From Methanothrix sp. (GTDB lineage Archaea; Halobacteriota; Methanosarcinia; Methanotrichales; Methanotrichaceae): a stretch of DNA of 64,000 bases. Position numbers and translations under genes: made by a program. The stretch lies in contig OY821645.1 in the NCBI GenBank assembly GCA_963682135.1, positions 1,824,001 to 1,888,000 on the forward strand. Direction: 5' to 3'. Position 1 is the stretch's first letter. Each line of letters opens with the position of its first letter. Of the stretch, positions 28,701 through 39,700 are shown one piece after another. Under the pieces are notes generated by a model, which was not told the DNA's origin, did not search any database, and saw only the letters and a program-made list of their open reading frames with translations.

Positions 28701-30871
28701 ATATCCGTTGTGGGCGGCCAGAACCATGGTCCATAATGCCAGCGGCCGAATGCATTCATGCCTCCGATATCCCAGGGATTTTGGTTTGTCATATAGACAT
28801 GAGGCATCCAGAGGTCGCCGGTATTGGCATTCAGAATTTTTCCCGTATCTGGATCTCTGGCAGCTGTCCCCCAGTTCCAGGTGGGGTCCTGGGCTGCAAT
28901 GGTCGTTGCATCGACAAAGGTCTTGTCCTGAATGACCAGGGGAATTCCTACATCAGGAAGGACTTTAACCGGCGGATTGAGGTTGATTCCGGCAAGGTTG
29001 GTGCCGTCTATCATATCCTTCTCAACCTGGTCGGTTATCAAGTACCCGGCTGCTTCTCCAGCATAGACATTGATCCGAGTGATACCATAGGAATGATCAT
29101 GGTAAAACATCAGCCTGGCGCTCTGCTGGTTGTTATAGTAGAAGGTCATCGATCCGTCGCCTGGATCAGGCATGTCCGGAACATTGCGCATGCTGACGCC
29201 TTTGGGGTAGGAGGTGGTCTCTCCGGCAGGAGTTATCCACTGATGAGGCGTTCCATCGCTAATCCATGGAACATAGCCGCCGTGCAGATGTACTGTGGCA
29301 CGGTTCTGGGTATAAAGCTCCATGATGTGGCCTATGGTTACGACCGCAGGTGCTGGATTTGTCTTGAGCTTGATCTGGAATTTATTCGCAGTCAAACCCG
29401 TGCCCAACACACGGTACTCTCCATTGTAAGCATCCGGTACAAAGCCGTGTAACATAATCAATTGCCCCTGAGCAAGGTTATGAGGCATCATTGTCATGAC
29501 CTCGACTACAGCTCCGCCTACTGGCGTCACCGTATTGGCCATAATCATGTCGGGACCCATTCCAGCACCCATAACCGTTGTGTCCACTGGCAGGAATAGG
29601 TCGCCGCCCTCGCCCTTGGCAAGCAGGTTAAAGAATTTGATGCGCACCGGACGGTCCCTCTGGGAGACTATGATGGGACCCATGTACTGAGGATTTGTCA
29701 CGGCAATAGCCGGAGTGCTGTCGGGTTTCAGGATAGGATTGTTGTTCGCATCCAGCAACGCAACGCCAGCTCCAGGAACTACTGGGGTAGCCAGCTGCAC
29801 ATAACCCCTCAGCCTGGTCGCAGGAAGATTGGTATGCATCTTCTGGCTGTACTCAACCAATGCAATCTCATAATAATCACACCCAAAGAGCGTGACTGCT
29901 GTGATGACGCCACCTACCACCGTTGCCTTTCCAATGGCATGTGTCGCCGCCCCACCACCTCTGAATGTAATGGTCGGATTGGCAGAATATCCGCTCCCAC
30001 CACTGTCGATGGTGACACTAGAAACTGTATCACCGGTCAAATGGGCAGTGGCTGCAGCACCTGTGCCGGTCCCATCAGTGATCTCAATTGTGGGAGCAGA
30101 TGTGTAGCCTTTTCCACCAGGTGGATAAGTTGCCTGATCTGGAGTGGCCTGAATAAGATTCGGTAGCGTATCAACGAACTTTCTAATTCCACCGGTTAGA
30201 GCGCCACCTAATATTGCTGTAGCTGTTGCGCCAGTGCCCGGACCGGCCGCATCAATAATGGTAACTAGAGGTGCAGTGTAACCGCTGCCTGATGAACCGG
30301 GATTTATGTTGATGCTTGTAATAACACCACCAATAGCCGTTGCGGTAGCCGCAGCTCCTGAGCCAGTACCGTAGACGTCTGAAATTACAGCAATGGGACT
30401 GACATAACCGCTGCCTCCATTTGTCAGAGTGATACTGGCAATAGAACCAGTAGGCATGGGGCTGTTGGCATAGTTAGGATAGGGGCCGAAGTAGTGAGGA
30501 ATGCCGCCTGGGTCAAACGCGGGTGTTATCGTAGGCGCAACGCCTGGGGCAGCCTCACGGGCCAGGGCCATAGCCTCTTCACGAGCTGCTTTGTTGCGTT
30601 GTGCCGCAGCTTTCCTCTCCGCAGGCAATTGCATCCTCATTTTGAGAGATTGCCTTGCATCGAAGGTAACATTTTCATCTAAATTCGGGCTATCCGATGA
30701 ATTGAGAGCAATGCTGTTTAATTCAATGCTCTCATTGGCAGCACTGCCATTTAAAGACAATATGGCAAGCAGCATTCCTGCCAGAAATAATATTGCAGCA
30801 GCTTCAAGAAAAGAGAACCTCTCTTTGAATTTGCATTTGGCCGATTTATTACGAAAGTCCATATCAATCAT
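25703..30871 (-). CDS. Large secreted multicopper oxidase + FN3 + 7-repeat PLL-like propeller
   Basis: Cu motifs VHLHGG, FYHDH, HTIHVH and HCHLLSHEEMDMM; AYRFRILNA; FN3 (APSNL...WVDNS...YTD...YYYRVRA); seven 43-aa repeats. Confidence 0.9.
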   Translation of the reverse strand: MIDMDFRNKSAKCKFKERFSFLEAAAILFLAGMLLAILSLNGSAANESIELNSIALNSSDSPNLDENVTFDARQSLKMRMQLPAERKAAAQRNKAAREEAMALAREAAPGVAPTITPAFDPGGIPHYFGPYPNYANSPMPTGSIASITLTNGGSGYVSPIAVISDVYGTGSGAAATATAIGGVITSININPGSSGSGYTAPLVTIIDAAGPGTGATATAILGGALTGGIRKFVDTLPNLIQATPDQATYPPGGKGYTSAPTIEITDGTGTGAAATAHLTGDTVSSVTIDSGGSGYSANPTITFRGGGAATHAIGKATVVGGVITAVTLFGCDYYEIALVEYSQKMHTNLPATRLRGYVQLATPVVPGAGVALLDANNNPILKPDSTPAIAVTNPQYMGPIIVSQRDRPVRIKFFNLLAKGEGGDLFLPVDTTVMGAGMGPDMIMANTVTPVGGAVVEVMTMMPHNLAQGQLIMLHGFVPDAYNGEYRVLGTGLTANKFQIKLKTNPAPAVVTIGHIMELYTQNRATVHLHGGYVPWISDGTPHQWITPAGETTSYPKGVSMRNVPDMPDPGDGSMTFYYNNQQSARLMFYHDHSYGITRINVYAGEAAGYLITDQVEKDMIDGTNLAGINLNPPVKVLPDVGIPLVIQDKTFVDATTIAAQDPTWNWGTAARDPDTGKILNANTGDLWMPHVYMTNQNPWDIGGMNAFGRWHYGPWFWPPTTDIAHGPVPNPYAGPNEPPMIPGVPHNSMAMESFVDTPVVNGMAYPYLEVEPKAYRFRILNAADDRFFNLQIYETNNIISSITVTSGGSNYVDPKVTITDTIGNGKGATAKATVVNGVITGIELLTVGSGYTAPGVTITDTVGGGAAATATVYTNPTEVGMIPASNCAGLPANWPTDGRDGGVPDPAKAGPSFIQIGTEGGFLPAPVVLPNQPVNWNWDQTNFDFGNVNQGTLLLGPAERADVIVDFSAYAGRTLILYNDAPAPFPAIDPRYDYYTNHPDQTDTGGAPTTQAGYGPNTRTIMQIRVAAAPVQSYDLTKLQAVFAKDTVNNKKGVFEASQDEIIVPQAEYNSAYDRTDLAADPYARIFENSKTFQTLAGSTVTIPFEPKAIQDEMGEAFETDYGRMSGLLGLEVPFTGAGNQNLLLYPFASPPLEIVKGSVYGTQIGSLGDGTQIWKITHNGVDTHTIHVHLFNAQLINRVAWDNALRVPDLNELGWKETFRVNPLQDTIIALRPIAPTQPFEVPNSERLIDPTMPEGAELKGGPLGFQDPSGEPVTVINHIVNFGWEYMMHCHLLSHEEMDMMHAVAFVVPPRAPSNLVVALSGTVPPVATLNWVDNSISETGFFIQRAKDAAFTVDLTEFTVGPNVVTYTDTTLVPGTPYYYRVRAINVVGDTTVYPAPAVGFPQKTAYSGWSNTAMLSEVLTISAIGTGNDLQIKQLNLGAWGAWQSLGGFITDLDATSTAGSVYAFGIGGDNALWYRNWNGVNWADWQSLGGIITKLESTSTAGSVYAFGIGGDNALWYRNWNGVNWADWQSLGGIITNLDATSTAGSVYAFGIGGDNALWYRNWNGVNWADWQSLGGAITDLDATSSGGNVYVFARGGDDAVWYRNWNGVAWSDWQSLGGAITALDSTSSGGNVYVFARGGDGGLWYRNWNGVAWSDWQSLGGAITDLDAVSSGSNVGVYAIGTDGALWQRNWDGTAWSAWQSQGGSITKLDATLLN
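25706..26605 (-). repeat. Seven ~129-bp (43-aa) tandem repeats, internal copies near-identical
   Basis: CCAGGCTCTGCCAATC recurs at 129-bp spacing (e.g. 26131, 26260); unit SVYAFGIGGDNALWYRNWNGVNWADWQSLGGIIT. Confidence 0.92.
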
Positions 30872-31225
30872 CCATCTTATACTGAATTATTCGTAAGTCA
30901 TTTCCACCTATAGGATCAATAAATTAACATTAATCTATCTTTGAAATTTTGAAATACCTCCCCTTCCTTGAAATCGTAGATACATAAACTAAATATCTTT
31001 TTGAAGTATTTAAATATGTAGGAAAGATACCTCCTAAAAACAGTATATTAGTAATAACGAATGTCAGATAACGTAGAACCTAATGCAAGAGCAAAACATA
31101 ACTAAAAAAAGGGAAAAGCGAATGCAGAGAATTGGGAATATAACGAAAAATTGGTATAATCTAAATAAAAATGCAATCGCGATTAGCCATCAGAATGCAG
31201 CCACCGCCTTTCACCGGCTTTCTGA

Positions 31226-32434
31226 TCAAAAGTCGAAGAGCGACCTCTGCCCATCTTTCTTGCCTTCCGCCCCGGCAGCTTGCGCCAGCCCAACCTCCCC
31301 GTACTTGCCCCCGCCACCGGGTTGCACCTTTACCCTGCCCATGCGAAAGTTTTGGATGGCTTCGATAACTCTCGGCTCGGCCTTCAGCTCGGCAAGATCG
31401 ATTTCCATTAAAACCTCAATCTCCGTTCTCGACTGCGTCAGCTCGCTCCAGCTTTTTTGCACGCCGGCTGTCATGACACTCTTGTGACCCAGGGCCAGAG
31501 CAATGATCTCGGCCAGAGGAATCGTATGCAAGTAAGGCGGCCGATGGGTAGGATGCACAGGCTTCTCATAATCAGCCAGAAGATTCACCCGGTCAGACAC
31601 TCCCAGCTTGATTCGCCCCCCACAATCCGGACAGCGCCCCATCAGTTCGTCCTTTTGGGTGAGGGAGTACTGCCGATAGCAGCGTGTGCATGCGGTGCGA
31701 TTGTACTTTCCTTCCTCTGGGAAGAGGCCCACATTCTTTATGGGGCGCCGTCCGCCCTCACGCTTGATGGCGAGGATGAGATCCTGATAGCTGAAAGAAA
31801 CAAGCTCCATCTGGTTGAATTCCCTGGCCAGCTTATTGGAGCGGGGAGAATGGGCATCGGAGTTGGAGAGAAAGGTCCGGGTGGACAGATCTGCGATCCT
31901 GTCTGCATAGTCTGTGTCCGCAGAGAGGCCCAGCTCGATGAACCGGATCTGCTGCGCCTTATCCTGGTAACACTCTGCTATTGAGCCAAAGTAAGCAAAA
32001 ATGCCCGTCCAGGGTGTGAAGGCATGGGCCGGTCCCAGCAGGCCGCCCGCCTCAATAACATGATCGGCAATTTCAGCGCCGTTCAAATGCAGTCTCGGCC
32101 TTCCGTCGCTCGACAGGTTCGTAGAGTGGGGGGCAAAGGACTCCTGTAGCTGCTCCGCCTGGGCAGTATCCGGCAGAAAGATAAGATGATGAACGCGACT
32201 GCTATCCTCCACCTCCACGCTGAGGACAAAATAAGTATCTCCCTGGAGAAAGAGCCCGTCGTCCTCGGGAAGCTTCTTTATGGCATCCAGCCACAGAGGA
32301 TGCAGGCAGTCCCCCGTGGCCACAATCTTCACACCTTTGCGCGCCGCCTCTCTGGCAATCTCAGGCAGCTGCATATCAGCGGAGACGGCCATCGAGTACT
32401 TGGAATGGATATGAAGATCGAGATTTATAAGCAT
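31226..32434 (-). CDS. endQ: Endonuclease Q / TIGR00375 family PHP-domain DNA repair protein
   Basis: DLHIHSKYS, TGD, VHHLI, GPAHAFTPW, ELGLSAD, SNSDAHS, GKYNRTACTRC...CPDC, PGGGGKYG. Confidence 0.88.
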   Translation of the reverse strand: MLINLDLHIHSKYSMAVSADMQLPEIAREAARKGVKIVATGDCLHPLWLDAIKKLPEDDGLFLQGDTYFVLSVEVEDSSRVHHLIFLPDTAQAEQLQESFAPHSTNLSSDGRPRLHLNGAEIADHVIEAGGLLGPAHAFTPWTGIFAYFGSIAECYQDKAQQIRFIELGLSADTDYADRIADLSTRTFLSNSDAHSPRSNKLAREFNQMELVSFSYQDLILAIKREGGRRPIKNVGLFPEEGKYNRTACTRCYRQYSLTQKDELMGRCPDCGGRIKLGVSDRVNLLADYEKPVHPTHRPPYLHTIPLAEIIALALGHKSVMTAGVQKSWSELTQSRTEIEVLMEIDLAELKAEPRVIEAIQNFRMGRVKVQPGGGGKYGEVGLAQAAGAEGKKDGQRSLFDF

Positions 32435-32494
32435 CGTTTTTAGTTCTCCGCACGGGGATAAACCCTTTATGCTTGACGATATATTTTATGGGCC

Positions 32495-33274
32495 GTGCAA
32501 GAGAGACTGAGAGACCTGTTGCAATGCTTTGCCCGGGGGGAGATGGACCTGGAAGAAGCTTTGCGGCTTATCAAACGCCAGAGCTTCCTGGCGGTAGGAG
32601 ATGTGGCAAAGCTGGACATCTGCCGGGCGGATCGCATCGGCATTCCAGAGGCCATTCTCGCCGAAGGAAAGGATAAAGCAGATCTTGTGGCCATCTCCCT
32701 GGCTCACCTGCAGGCTACCGGCAGTGTGATCATCACCCGCATCTCGCCGCAGCAGCTGGAGCTCCTGCAGTCCGTAAAACTGCCTGAGGGGAGTATGCTG
32801 GAGCACAACTCAAAGGCCAGGACGGTGGTCATTCGCTCTGCAACGCCGCAGGCCAAAAGAGGATTGGTGGGCATCCTGGCGGCTGGCACTGCCGACATGC
32901 CGGTCGCTGAGGAAGCACGTGTGGTAGCAGAGGAGATGGGATGCGATGTCATCTCGGAGTACGACGTAGGAGTGGCTGGCATTCACAGGCTCTTTCCCTG
33001 CCTGGAGAGGATGGCAGATGTCGATGTCTTTGTAGTGGCAGCCGGACGGGAAGGGACGCTGCCGGCGGTTGTGGCAGGGCTGGTAGAAGCTCCGGTTATA
33101 GGACTGCCTGTATCTACCGGCTATGGTCTGGGCGGAGGCGGCCAGGCAGCCCTTTACTCCATGCTGCAGTCCTGCTCAGTCCTGACTGTGGTCAATATAG
33201 ATGCAGGCTTTGTAGCCGGCGCCTATGCTGCAAAGATTGCCAGACAAAAAGCATATGGACAAAAACAGTCATAA
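32495..33274 (+). CDS. larB: Nickel-pincer cofactor biosynthesis protein LarB (PurE-like)
   Basis: GIPEAILAEGK, AGTADMPVAEEA, DVGVAGIHRL, AGREGTLP, PVSTGYG, VVNIDAGF. Confidence 0.9.
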   Translation: MQERLRDLLQCFARGEMDLEEALRLIKRQSFLAVGDVAKLDICRADRIGIPEAILAEGKDKADLVAISLAHLQATGSVIITRISPQQLELLQSVKLPEGSMLEHNSKARTVVIRSATPQAKRGLVGILAAGTADMPVAEEARVVAEEMGCDVISEYDVGVAGIHRLFPCLERMADVDVFVVAAGREGTLPAVVAGLVEAPVIGLPVSTGYGLGGGGQAALYSMLQSCSVLTVVNIDAGFVAGAYAAKIARQKAYGQKQS

Positions 33275-33283
33275 ATTATTGCC

Positions 33284-33374
33284 AGAAAAGTATTTATACG
33301 ATCAACAGATTGTTGTGATGAGAGCGGGTACACACATCTTTTTCACTAACCCCCACTCCCCTACCCGCTCGTCA
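33284..33374 (+). ncRNA. Candidate small RNA or stem-loop element with TATA-like box
   Basis: GAAAAGTATTTATA (BRE/TATA-like) upstream of a 9-bp perfect stem GAGCGGGTA (33322-33330)/TACCCGCTC (33362-33370) closing a 31-nt C/T-rich loop. Confidence 0.3.
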
Positions 33375-33722
33375 ATTATCATACATAAATAATCCTAAGC
33401 ATTATGATAATTGTAGTGTCCCGAAAGTGTGTCGTCCTGAGAGTTTCGGGACTCTACAGATGCTTTTTTTATCAAAATGCTATATATTTTAATTCTATTA
33501 CCAAGATGTCCTGATCTTTTCTCCCGGCATCGTCCGAGGCAATCTAACATTTTTGCGTCACTGGATAAAGATGCCATATCAGCAACTTCATAATTGCTCA
33601 GCGACCCATCCCGGCAAATGATATGAGTCATATAGGCTATTTCCATTACTCCTGTATTAATGATTCTCACATTTTTAACTGCAAACTGCAATCCTGGGCT
33701 GCGGGGTCTGATGCTATTGTTC

Positions 33723-36700
33723 TCATACATCATCCAAAGAGCACGAAGTGCAGACAGGAGCGGAACTGACCCATCCGCTCCCATCCAATTCTCCGCTGCA
33801 TATATACTCAGACTGATCCAGACCCCAATCAGGCGGACTCCAACCTGAAGAATCCCTTACCGAAGGCAGGTCTCCCACATTTATAGCCGCACTTACGTCT
33901 GCCACAGACGACCCTGATCCATCTACCGCATAGACCTCGATATGGGCTTGGTTGACAAACCGTCCGCCGTTTACAGCCTGAACCCGATAATCTATAACCG
34001 CAATCTTCCCCGCCGATATATTAGCCAAGGCCCAGCTCAAATTATCGGCAATCGGCTCAGGCTGGATGGAAGAGTTGATGAACCTCAATCCATCCGGCAG
34101 GATATCTATAACCCTGGCCACCATAGGGCACTCCATATCGTTCTTGATCCCGATCCTGTACCGTATCAGTCGAGGATCACCTGGATCCATACTGGCAATC
34201 TTGTAAGCCCTCAGCTTCTGCTCACAGCATGGCAGCCAGGCAAATTCGTTAACCGTGAAGTTACTGGCCGTCACATAATGGTCATCGTAGTAACCCAGGG
34301 CATACACCCGGTTCACCATCTGATCTCTCTGATCGGTCACATTCAGGTTGAGGTTGATGCTCAAAGTCTGGCCGATGGACATGTATACAAAGGTCCAGTT
34401 GGCCAGGCGAGTTTCAAGCTGATAGGGCTCGACCGAAGAGTTGATGTATCCCGTCCCGACCGGGAACAGGTCCTTGACGTACACCGGCCCCAGAGCCTTG
34501 TTGCCATCGTTCTGTACAGTGATGGTATAGCTGGCCACTGTAATGTTGGTGATAGGATTGTAAATGATATTGCCGGTCTTCATCAGAGATAGATGAGGCC
34601 GGTCGTACTTCGAGACACCCGTCAGATGGATCTTCCTCTCGATCTGGTACTCGCCTGCGTAGACCTCTGCCAGGTCCACCTCATCCTTCAAAACAGCCCT
34701 GAAGGTTCCTATGCCTGAGTAGTTGATCCTGGAATCCAGATCGTTCAGTCCTCCTGCCACAGTCTCCGCCTGAATATAATCTGCTCCCGAGATCTCTTCG
34801 CTGATCAGACTCCCCTCTTTATCCCTGGGATTGCTTGACTCTCTGCTCCTGGACCAGACACCCTCAGCCCATTTGAGCGAGCTTCCAGACAACGGTCCGC
34901 TCTTGAAGCTGCTGAATCCAGGTGAATAGCTGTAATTAGCCGGAGCACGTGTAGCCTGCAAGTCCTTGGCCACAAAGCTCTCCGGAGTTCTGATAAGCTC
35001 ATCGCTCTTGTAGCTTCCAGCACCGTACTCATATGTCCTCTGGCTTTCTCGGATACTCTTGTCGCTTGAGACAAAACCTGAACCTGAGGCGGATTTGTTA
35101 GAGATCACGTTCGAGCCATACTCCCTAACAGTCTCGTTCAGATGGAATTCGCCCGAGTAGATCTCGGTGCCTTCGAATATTGGAGCAGCTTTGGGAAGAT
35201 CGTCCGGTCCAGACTTCTTAAGCGTTCCAATATGGCCGTTACCCAGGAAGTGAGAATCGGTAGCCAGAATAGATCTGTTTTCATCCAGATAAATTGAACT
35301 ATCCTTGATTATGCTGTTAGCATACAAGTACCTCTCGTCAAGAGATGCTCCGGTACGTTCATTCATGGCCAGGTCCGCCTCGGACCATCGGGAAGTAAAG
35401 TTCATCAACCTGCCTTTGGGCAGACTGAACGATGTAGGTGCATAATTGGCAGCCAGGTTGGAATCGACCTGAATGGTCTTATTGCTGGTTATGATTCTGG
35501 TCTGACCCTCACGGGAGTACGAGCCGCTTCCGCTTTCGATCTGGGTCAGAGTGGTTCCCGCTTGGTCGGCAACTTCGACCGAAGCTGAAGAGGAAACAGG
35601 ATTGGCTTCGGCACAGGACAGGACTGCAACATTGGTCAGGCTGTAAGGTTCAAATCCGGTGTCCATATTCCTGTAAGTATTGACGAACCCGGTTCCTTTG
35701 GCCCTCTCCTGGCTGTAGAAGGTCATATTCATCTTTTCAGGTACCTTCAGGCAAACGGTTATAGTGCCTTTCGTACCGGCAGGCAGCTCACCTATGGTCC
35801 AGTGGTTTTCTGTGATAGAATCAGGTTCTGGTATGCTGTATATGAACGTGGTTCCAGCCGGATATCTATCTGCAACCTCTACGCCGGTCAGATTGGCTTC
35901 GCCGGGATTCCAGTATGTTATGCTGTAGCAGACCGTTCCGCCAGGCAAGACCTGATTTGAGTCGGCAGTCTTGATAATATGGGGTTCTGGAGTGACTACC
36001 TCGATGTTCCCAACGGTTGTGATGACCTTTACCTCAGCTACAGAAGAAGTCCCCTTCACGAACAAATTGACATTAGCGGTCCCAAGGAAGCTTGGATCTG
36101 CATTAGTTGTTACAGTTATCGAACCTGACTGTATTGGGAGGTTGGGGCCAGATGAGCCCACATTGTTTGCCTCCGTTGAAACTGCAGCCAGAGGCAGGCT
36201 GTTCCAGATGAGAGTAGTGGTGCCGTTGGGATTGTTGACGACGATATCCTGTTTCGGGCTGGCTGAGATGAAGTTGATTCCTGCAGGAAGGGTGAGGGTT
36301 ACCCGGACCGTATTCACCACGGTCTCACCTATATTGTCGATTGCGGCTGTGAATGTAACAGTTGAGCCGGGAGTGGTAACCGGCGGGTCAACTACGAGGG
36401 CAGCCTGAAGGGCCTCGACCAGGTTGCGGTTGCCGAAGTCCTTGCTCCCGATATTGAAATCGGTGACATGAACCTCATAGATTTTGGAAGCTGGAGCAGT
36501 CTGAATCCAATTATCCCGGAGTACCTCGCTCAGGATATAGTCGCCTGGAGCAACTCCATGGAACCTATAAGAACCGTCCGGACCTGATTTTGTGGAAACC
36601 ATTTGGCCTGTGTCCTTGTTCTTAAGCTCGATAGTCCAGCCTGATAATCCGGGCTCTGCGGCTGCAGCGCCCTGCTGACCGTCTCCATCGGCATCCTTCC

Positions 36701-39700
36701 AGAGCCGGCCGCTCAATGACTGCGATTTGATTGCATTGGAGCATGATGCCACATTATTATCGCTATTTGTGTCAGTGCTGGAAGAGGTGATTGAAGCAGT
36801 GTTCTGACCGACCGCGGTAACATCTTTGGATACATCGGCATAGATCTCGACGGTCTTGGAGCCGCCTTTCGCTATATCATTCAGATCCAGAGAACCGGTC
36901 CAGGGATTGAGGGCAACATCATCGAGCATATACTTGATATTGCTCAAGCCGCCGGTTGGAGTTGTAACCGGCATGTCATCTGTCAAGATTACGTCGGCGG
37001 CTCCGCTGGGACCGTTGTTAGCCACTGTTATGGTGTAAGCATTCTGATTATCTACTCCTGCAGTCAGATCGTGACAAATTTTTGTCACAGACAGATCGGA
37101 GCGAACCAGGACTGTGTTGGTACAGGCTTGCGCATTATTATTGTTGGCATTTGGATCGGTGCTGCTAGATATAATCCAAGCGTTACTCTGGCCAACGGAA
37201 GTAACATCAGAAGATACATCCGCATAGATTTCTAACGTCCTGGTCTGACCGCTAGCCATATTGCCCAGATCGAGATTGCCCGTCCAGGCAGGAAGAGAAG
37301 CGCCATCGAGCGTATAATGGATGTTTTTAAATCCTCCGGCGGGCGTCGTGTCCGGAAGAGTATCTGCCAGGCTTGCTCCAGTGGCAACGCTTGGGCCATT
37401 ATTGGTTATTGTTACTGTGCAGGCATTCTGGTCATCCTGTCCAGCGACCAGATCGTGGCAGACCATTGTCATGGAAAGATCGGATTTCGCCAGGATGGTA
37501 TTGGAACAGGATGCCGCATTATTGCCCGTATTCAGATCTGGGCTAATGGAGGTAACCGACGCGCTGCTCTGGCCAACGGAAGTAACATCAGAAGATACAT
37601 CCGCATAGATTTCTAACGTCTTGGTCTGGCCGCTAGCCATATTGCCCAGATCGAGATTGCCCGTCCAGGCAGGAAGAGAAGCGCCATCGAGCGTATAATG
37701 GATGTTTTTAAATCCTCCGGCGGGCGTCGTGTCCGGAAGAGTATCTGCCAGGCTTGCTCCAGTGGCAACGCTTGGGCCATTATTGGTTATTGTTACTGTG
37801 CAGGCATTCTGGTCATCCTGTCCAGCGACCAGATCGTGGCAGACCATTGTCATGGAAAGATCGGATTTCGCCAGGATGGTATTGGAACAGGATGCCGCAT
37901 TATTGCCCGTATTCAGATCTTGGCTAATGGAGGTAACCGACGCGCTGCTCTGGCCAACGGAAGTAACATCAGAAGATACATCCGCATAGATTTCTAACGT
38001 CTTGGTCTGGCCGCTAGCCATATTGCCCAGATCGAGATTGCCCGTCCAGGCAGGAAGAGAAGCGCCATCGAGCGTATAATGGATGTTTTTAAATCCTCCG
38101 GCGGGCGTCGTGTCCGGAAGAGTATCTGCCAGGCTTACTCCAGTGGCAACGCTTGGGCCATTATTGGTTATTGTTACTGTGCAGGCATTCTGGTCATCCT
38201 GTCCAGCGGTCAGATCGTGGCAGACCATTGTCATGGAAAGATCGGATTTCACCAGGATGGTATTGGAACAGGATGCCGCATTATTGCCCGTATTCAGATC
38301 TGGGCTAATGGAGGTAACCGACGCGCTACTCTGGCCAACGGAAGTAACATCAGAAGATACATCCGCATAGATTTCTAACGTCCTGGTCTGGCCGCTAGCC
38401 ATATTGCCCAGATCGAGATTGCCCGTCCAGGCAGGAAGAGAAGCGCCATCGAGCGTATACTGGATGTTTTCAAATCCTCCGGCGGGCGTCGTGTCCGGAA
38501 GAGTATCTGCCAGGCTTACTCCAGTGGCAATGCTTGGGCCATTATTGGTTATTGTTACTGTGCAGGCATTCTGGTCATCCTGTCCAGCGACCAGATCGTG
38601 GCAGACCATTGTCACAGAGAGATCGGATTTCGCCAGGATGGTATTGGAACAGGATGCCGCATTATTGCCCGTATTCAGATCTGGGCTAATGGAGGTAACC
38701 GACGCGCTGCTCTGGCCAACGGAAGTAACATCAGAAGATACATCCGCATAGATTTCTAACGTCTTGGTCTGGCCGCTAGCCATATTGCCCAGATCGAGAT
38801 TGCCCGTCCAGGCAGGAAGAGAAGCGCCATCGAGCGTATAATGGATGTTTTTAAATCCTCCGGCGGGCGTCGTGTCCGGAAGAGTATCTGCCAGGCTTAC
38901 TCCAGTGGCAATGCTTGGGCCATTATTGGTTATTGTTACTGTGCAGGCATTCTGGTCATCCTGTCCAGCGACCAGATCGTGGCAGACCATTGTCATGGAA
39001 AGATCGGATTTCGCCAGGATGGTATTGGAACAGGATGCCGCATTATTGCCCGTATTCAGATCTTGGCTAATGGAGGTAACCGACGCGCTGCTCTGGCCAA
39101 CGGAAGTAACATCATAAGATACATCCGCATAGATTTCTAACGTCTTGGTCTGGCCGCTAGCCATATTGCCCAGATCGAGATTGCCCGTCCAGGCAGGAAG
39201 AGAAGCGCCATCGAGCGTATAATGGATGTTTTTAAATCCTCCGGCGGGCGTCGTGTCCGGAAGAGTATCTGCCAGGCTTACTCCAGTGGCAACGCTTGGG
39301 CCATTATTGGTTATTGTTACTGTGCAGGCATTCTGGTCATCCTGTCCAGCGGTCAGATCGTGGCAGACCATTGTCATGGAAAGATCGGATTTCACCAGGA
39401 TGGTATTGGAACAGGATGCCGCATTATTGCCCGTATTCAGATCTGGGCTAATGGAGGTAACCGACGCGCTGCTCTGGCCAACGGAAGCAACATCAGAAGA
39501 TACATCCGCATAGATTTCTAACGTCCTGGTCTGGCCGCTAGCCATATTGCCCAGATCGAGATTGCCAGTCCAGGCAGGAAGAGAAGCGCCATCGAGCGTA
39601 TAATGGATGTTTTTAAATCCACCGGCGGGCGTCGTGTCCGGAAGAGTATCTGCCAGGCTTACTCCAGTGGCAATGCTTGGGCCATTATTGGTTATTGTTA

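Noticed and set aside
33395-33784. 129-aa minus-strand ORF
   Set aside because: Overlaps the giant gene end, no motif or clear start signal.
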